Origin: Candidatus Eiseniibacteriota bacterium
Lineage (GTDB): Bacteria; Eisenbacteria; RBG-16-71-46; SZUA-252
Assembly (NCBI GenBank): GCA_963703225.1
Contig: OY969801.1
Span: 1,024,001 to 1,088,000 of the forward strand
Direction: 5' to 3'
Length of the DNA: 64,000 bases
A program made the position numbers and the translations under genes. Positions 60,681 through 64,000 of this stretch are shown here, piece by piece. The notes beneath the pieces were generated by a model. It was given only the letters and a program-made list of their open reading frames with translations. It made no database searches and had not been told where the DNA came from. Within the stretch, counting starts at the first letter, position 1, and each line of letters starts with the position of its first letter.

Positions 60681-61589
60681 ATGTCCCAAGAAACGATCCT
60701 CGTCACCGGCGCCGCAGGCGGCGTCGGCTCGACCGCGCACGCGGCCATCGCCATGCTGCTGGAACAAGGCCATCCCGTACGCGCCATGGTGCGCAAGCTG
60801 GACGCTCGGGCCGACACGCTGCGTGACATGGGCGCCGAAGTCTTGGTCGCCGACATGCTCGACATCATCGCTGTTCGCGCGGCCATGCAAGGTTGCTCCT
60901 CCGTTTTTTTCACGATGTCAATTGCGCCCAATTACCTGGAAGCGGCCGCCAATGTCGCGGTCACGGCAAAGAGCATGGATGTGAAGGCTTTCGTCAATCT
61001 GGCGCAGATGACGTTGTCGGAGATGAGCGAGACGAAGACCACCAGCAGCCCGCAACAGAAGCAGGAGTGGCTCGCGGAGCAGATGCTGCGCTGGTCCGGC
61101 CTGCCGGTGGTCTACCTTCGTCCAACTGTTTTCTTCGACGGCATGTTTCTCGTGCAGGGGGTCAAGGGCATCCGAGACGATAACGTCATCCGCTTGCCGT
61201 TCGCCGATGGCAAGACCTCGCCGATCGCCGCCGCCGACGTGGGGGCTGCCGCTGCTGCTGTGCTGGCCAACCCGGAGCCGCATATCGGCAAGGTCTACGA
61301 CATGACCGGAGCCCAGTCGCTGACAATGACGCAGTTTGCGCAGGAGCTCAGCGACGCTCTGGGGCGCACCATCCACTATGTCAACGTTCCGCCGCAGATC
61401 TGGGAAGCCAAGCTCAAGGAGACGAGACTGCCGGCGCACTTGATCGCACACCTGATCACCATGGGCCAGCTGCATCGCGACAACCTCTACGACCGCATGA
61501 CCGACTCCTTCCGGCAGCTGGTCGGCCGTGCGCCGATTTCAGCCGCCGAATTCGCACGCCGCCACGCGGCCGTGTTCACCCCTGGCTGA
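60681..61589 (+). CDS. NmrA family NAD(P)-binding protein
   Basis: ILVTGAAGGVG, LRPTVF, IAAADV. Confidence 0.9.
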   Translation: MSQETILVTGAAGGVGSTAHAAIAMLLEQGHPVRAMVRKLDARADTLRDMGAEVLVADMLDIIAVRAAMQGCSSVFFTMSIAPNYLEAAANVAVTAKSMDVKAFVNLAQMTLSEMSETKTTSSPQQKQEWLAEQMLRWSGLPVVYLRPTVFFDGMFLVQGVKGIRDDNVIRLPFADGKTSPIAAADVGAAAAAVLANPEPHIGKVYDMTGAQSLTMTQFAQELSDALGRTIHYVNVPPQIWEAKLKETRLPAHLIAHLITMGQLHRDNLYDRMTDSFRQLVGRAPISAAEFARRHAAVFTPG

Positions 61590-61638
61590 TCCTCGAAGCA
61601 ATGATGGAGTCTGTTCGCTCTTCAAGGGAGGAATGCTC

Positions 61639-62505
61639 ATGACCGGATCGAACCATAAAAACGCTCCCTTGCGGTGGTCAGTGTTTGTCACCAAGCGGCC
61701 AGGCCTTAACAGGGAGCTACCCTCAGGCTACGAGTCTTTGGCCTGGGTACCCAATTCGTCCACGCTGATCTACGGCGAGCGGGATGCCGTGCTGGTCGAC
61801 ACCTTCCTAACCACCGAAGCCTCGCAGGCCCTGGCGAACTGGGTCGTGGCGAGCGGCAAGAACCTGACCACGATTTACTCGACCCACGGTCATGGCGACC
61901 ATTTCTTTGGCATGGGGCTGCTCAAGCAGCGCTTTCCCGATGCACGGGCGGTGGCAAGGCCGGACATCGTGGAGGCCATGCGTCATGAGCTCGATCCGCC
62001 CCACTTCAACAGCTTCTGGAATTCGCGCTTTCCCGGCCAGCTCCCGGAGCAGCTCGCTGTGGCCGAGGCGCTCGAAGGAGACACCATCGAACTGGAGGGG
62101 CATGAATTGGTCTTGGTCGACACCGGCTATACCGACACGGCCCTGTCCACGAGCCTGCACGTTCCTTCCATCGATCTGGTGGTGGCCGGGGACGTCGCCT
62201 ACAACGGCGTTCATCCCTACATGGCGGAGGGCAGCCCGCAAACCTGGCCCAAATGGATCGCCGCCCTCGACAAACTCGAGTCGTTGAAACCTCGCGCCGT
62301 AATCGCTGGCCACAAGCGGCCCGAGAACGACGACCACCCGCGGATCATCGAGGAAACGCGCGGCTATTTCCGGGACTTCATGCGCCTCAATGAAGAGACG
62401 ACGACCGTGCGTGAGCTCTTCGACCGGATGATGGAGCTTCATGGAGATCGAGCCAATCCCGGTTCGCTCTGGGGTGGGGCGACGGCCATCAAGGCACGTC
62501 ATTAG
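61639..62505 (+). CDS. MBL-fold metallo-hydrolase
   Basis: LVDT, THGHGDHFFG, AGDVAYN, IAGH. Confidence 0.9.
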   Translation: MTGSNHKNAPLRWSVFVTKRPGLNRELPSGYESLAWVPNSSTLIYGERDAVLVDTFLTTEASQALANWVVASGKNLTTIYSTHGHGDHFFGMGLLKQRFPDARAVARPDIVEAMRHELDPPHFNSFWNSRFPGQLPEQLAVAEALEGDTIELEGHELVLVDTGYTDTALSTSLHVPSIDLVVAGDVAYNGVHPYMAEGSPQTWPKWIAALDKLESLKPRAVIAGHKRPENDDHPRIIEETRGYFRDFMRLNEETTTVRELFDRMMELHGDRANPGSLWGGATAIKARH

Positions 62506-62678
62506 CCCCCATAAGCCCTTCCGGGAACACCGGGAACGGCCTCGGAACCGTAGCTTGACTCCCAACGATGCAGAGGGGCTACACTTTATGGGGGAGCGTA
62601 TGTTGTCTGTAGCCGGTGTTGGGTTCTCCGCTGGCTCGCATCAGCGTGGATCCTCGCAATTGCGACGGCAGGTGAGAG

Positions 62679-63218
62679 GTGACGGAATTTCCCGCCCAAA
62701 TTGGTAGTTCCAGCTCCGCCGGCGCGCAGCAGACCGAGGTCGCCGTCCTCGCCGGCGGCTGCTTCTGGGGCGTCGAGGACATCCTGCGCAACGTGCCCGG
62801 CGTGATCGACACCGAAGTCGGCTACACCGGCGGCTGGCTGGAGAATCCGACCTACGACCAGACGCACGGCAGCAAATCGGGCCACGCCGAGGCGATCCGG
62901 GTGACCTTCGACCCGTCGGTGCTCAGCTATGAGGAGTTGCTCGAGAAGTGGTTCTTCAAGCTGCACGATCCGACCACGCTCAACCGTCAGGGCAACGACA
63001 GAGGAACGCAGTACCGCTCGGCGATCTTTCCGCAAACCCCCGAGCAGAAGGCCACGGCGGAGCGGGTAAAGGCGCGCGTCGGCACGTCCGGCAAGTGGAA
63101 GCGACCGATAACGACGAGCATCGAGCCGGCGTCCACCTGGTACACCGCGGAGGCGTACCACCAGGATTATCTGCGCAAGAATCCCGGCGGCTACTCCTGC
63201 CATTACCTGCGCGACTGA
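62679..63218 (+). CDS. msrA: Peptide-methionine (S)-S-oxide reductase MsrA
   Basis: AGGCFWG, GYTGG, GHAE, QGND.GTQYRS, AEAYHQDY, YSCH. Confidence 0.95.
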   Translation: MTEFPAQIGSSSSAGAQQTEVAVLAGGCFWGVEDILRNVPGVIDTEVGYTGGWLENPTYDQTHGSKSGHAEAIRVTFDPSVLSYEELLEKWFFKLHDPTTLNRQGNDRGTQYRSAIFPQTPEQKATAERVKARVGTSGKWKRPITTSIEPASTWYTAEAYHQDYLRKNPGGYSCHYLRD

Positions 63219-63234
63219 CCCCACGAGGTGCACG

Positions 63235-63756
63235 ATGAATCAGCCCGCCCGAATCGCGACGTCAGGCCCCACGATCTCTTCTGCCGGTTACGACGTCTCG
63301 CCCCTGAGCGAGGAGGAGGTCATGGACCTCGCAAAGTCGCTCAACGCGGAGGAGCGCCGCGTTCTGCTGCATCACGACACCGAGGCAGCGTTCTGCGGGA
63401 ACCTCCTCGACAACAAGAAGCAGGGGACCTACGCCTGCCGCCTGTGCGGGCTGCCGCTGTTCGCGTCGAAGGCAAAGTTCGAGTCGGGTACCGGCTGGCC
63501 CAGCTTTTACGAGCCGGTCGACCGCGTCCATATCGCATACATCGAGGACCGCAGCTACGGCATGGTCCGCACCGAGATCCGCTGTGCCCGCTGTGGCGGC
63601 CACCTCGGCCACGTATTTCCCGATGGCCCGCCGCCGAACCGTGAACGCTACTGCCTCAACTCCGTCTCGATGGAGTTCATCGACGCCGGAGAGCCCTTGC
63701 CGCGCAAGACCAGGACGGATCGCGCGTCCGAATCGTCACGTGCCGCCGGAGGTTGA
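63235..63756 (+). CDS. msrB: Peptide-methionine (R)-S-oxide reductase MsrB, copy 2
   Basis: Same motifs as 57869-58390; highly similar paralog. Confidence 0.95.
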   Translation: MNQPARIATSGPTISSAGYDVSPLSEEEVMDLAKSLNAEERRVLLHHDTEAAFCGNLLDNKKQGTYACRLCGLPLFASKAKFESGTGWPSFYEPVDRVHIAYIEDRSYGMVRTEIRCARCGGHLGHVFPDGPPPNRERYCLNSVSMEFIDAGEPLPRKTRTDRASESSRAAGG

Positions 63757-63801
63757 TCGCCGGAAGACCGAGTAAGTCTGCATCACCACGAGGAGGAACA
63801 A

Positions 63802-64000
63802 ATGACCACCAAGACCGCTAGGCCGACCATCACGGAGCACGAGGCAGCGCAGGTCGAGCGCGCAAACGCCTCCAGCGCCGCACCCGTTGTCTTCGTTCAC
63901 GGCCTCTGGCTGCTGCCCTCGAGCTGGGAACGCTGGACCTCGCTGTTCGAGGAGGCCGGCTACGTGGCGTTGACACCGGGCTGGCCGGACGATCCAGAGA
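63802..64000 (+). CDS. Alpha/beta hydrolase (3' end outside window)
   Basis: GAGGAGG RBS; PVVFVHGLWLLPSSW...PGWPDD. Confidence 0.8.
   Translation, partial: MTTKTARPTITEHEAAQVERANASSAAPVVFVHGLWLLPSSWERWTSLFEEAGYVALTPGWPDDPE

Overview
GC-rich bacterial DNA. A FlgD-Ig/T9SS-like C-terminal domain and a TPR Ser/Thr kinase suggest an FCB-group/Eisenbacteria-like lineage (inference only). From left to right: (1) 1-8.9 kb: TolC-MFP-RND efflux operon, membrane proteins, a K+-channel-like protein and DUF1684. (2) 8.9-27 kb: a stress/hypoxia-type island (Hsp20, USP, CBS, MenA-like, sensor-less histidine kinase plus sigma54 response regulator, ABC1 kinase, archease, PCM-erythromycin esterase fusion, BON, cupin). 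It carries recurring sigma54 -24/-12 promoters paired with a TGnCA-N3-TGnCA upstream motif, and a hypothetical protein that looks like an AEP primase fused to a PriL-type Fe-S domain. (3) 27-30 kb: ECF42 operon with its own promoter, then a tandem PARP-zinc-finger protein. (4) 30.4-34.8 kb, the best candidate for an undescribed system: a small SARP regulator, a divergent promoter with mirror-image ~11-bp-spaced repeats, a lipoprotein plus a copper-amine-oxidase-like protein, and a 67-aa peptide with a duplicated FLACNAA core followed by a ferritin-like diiron enzyme (RiPP-like pair). (5) 35-64 kb: accessory genes mixed with many gene remnants (aldo/keto reductase, AI-2E transporter, catalase, DyP, S8 peptidase), a tRNA-Lys 5' half, redox/detox hydrolases, a P460-family cytochrome, msrA and two near-identical msrB genes. 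No CRISPR array, rRNA, intact tRNA, integrase or transposase was seen. All calls come from motif recognition by eye; no searches were run.
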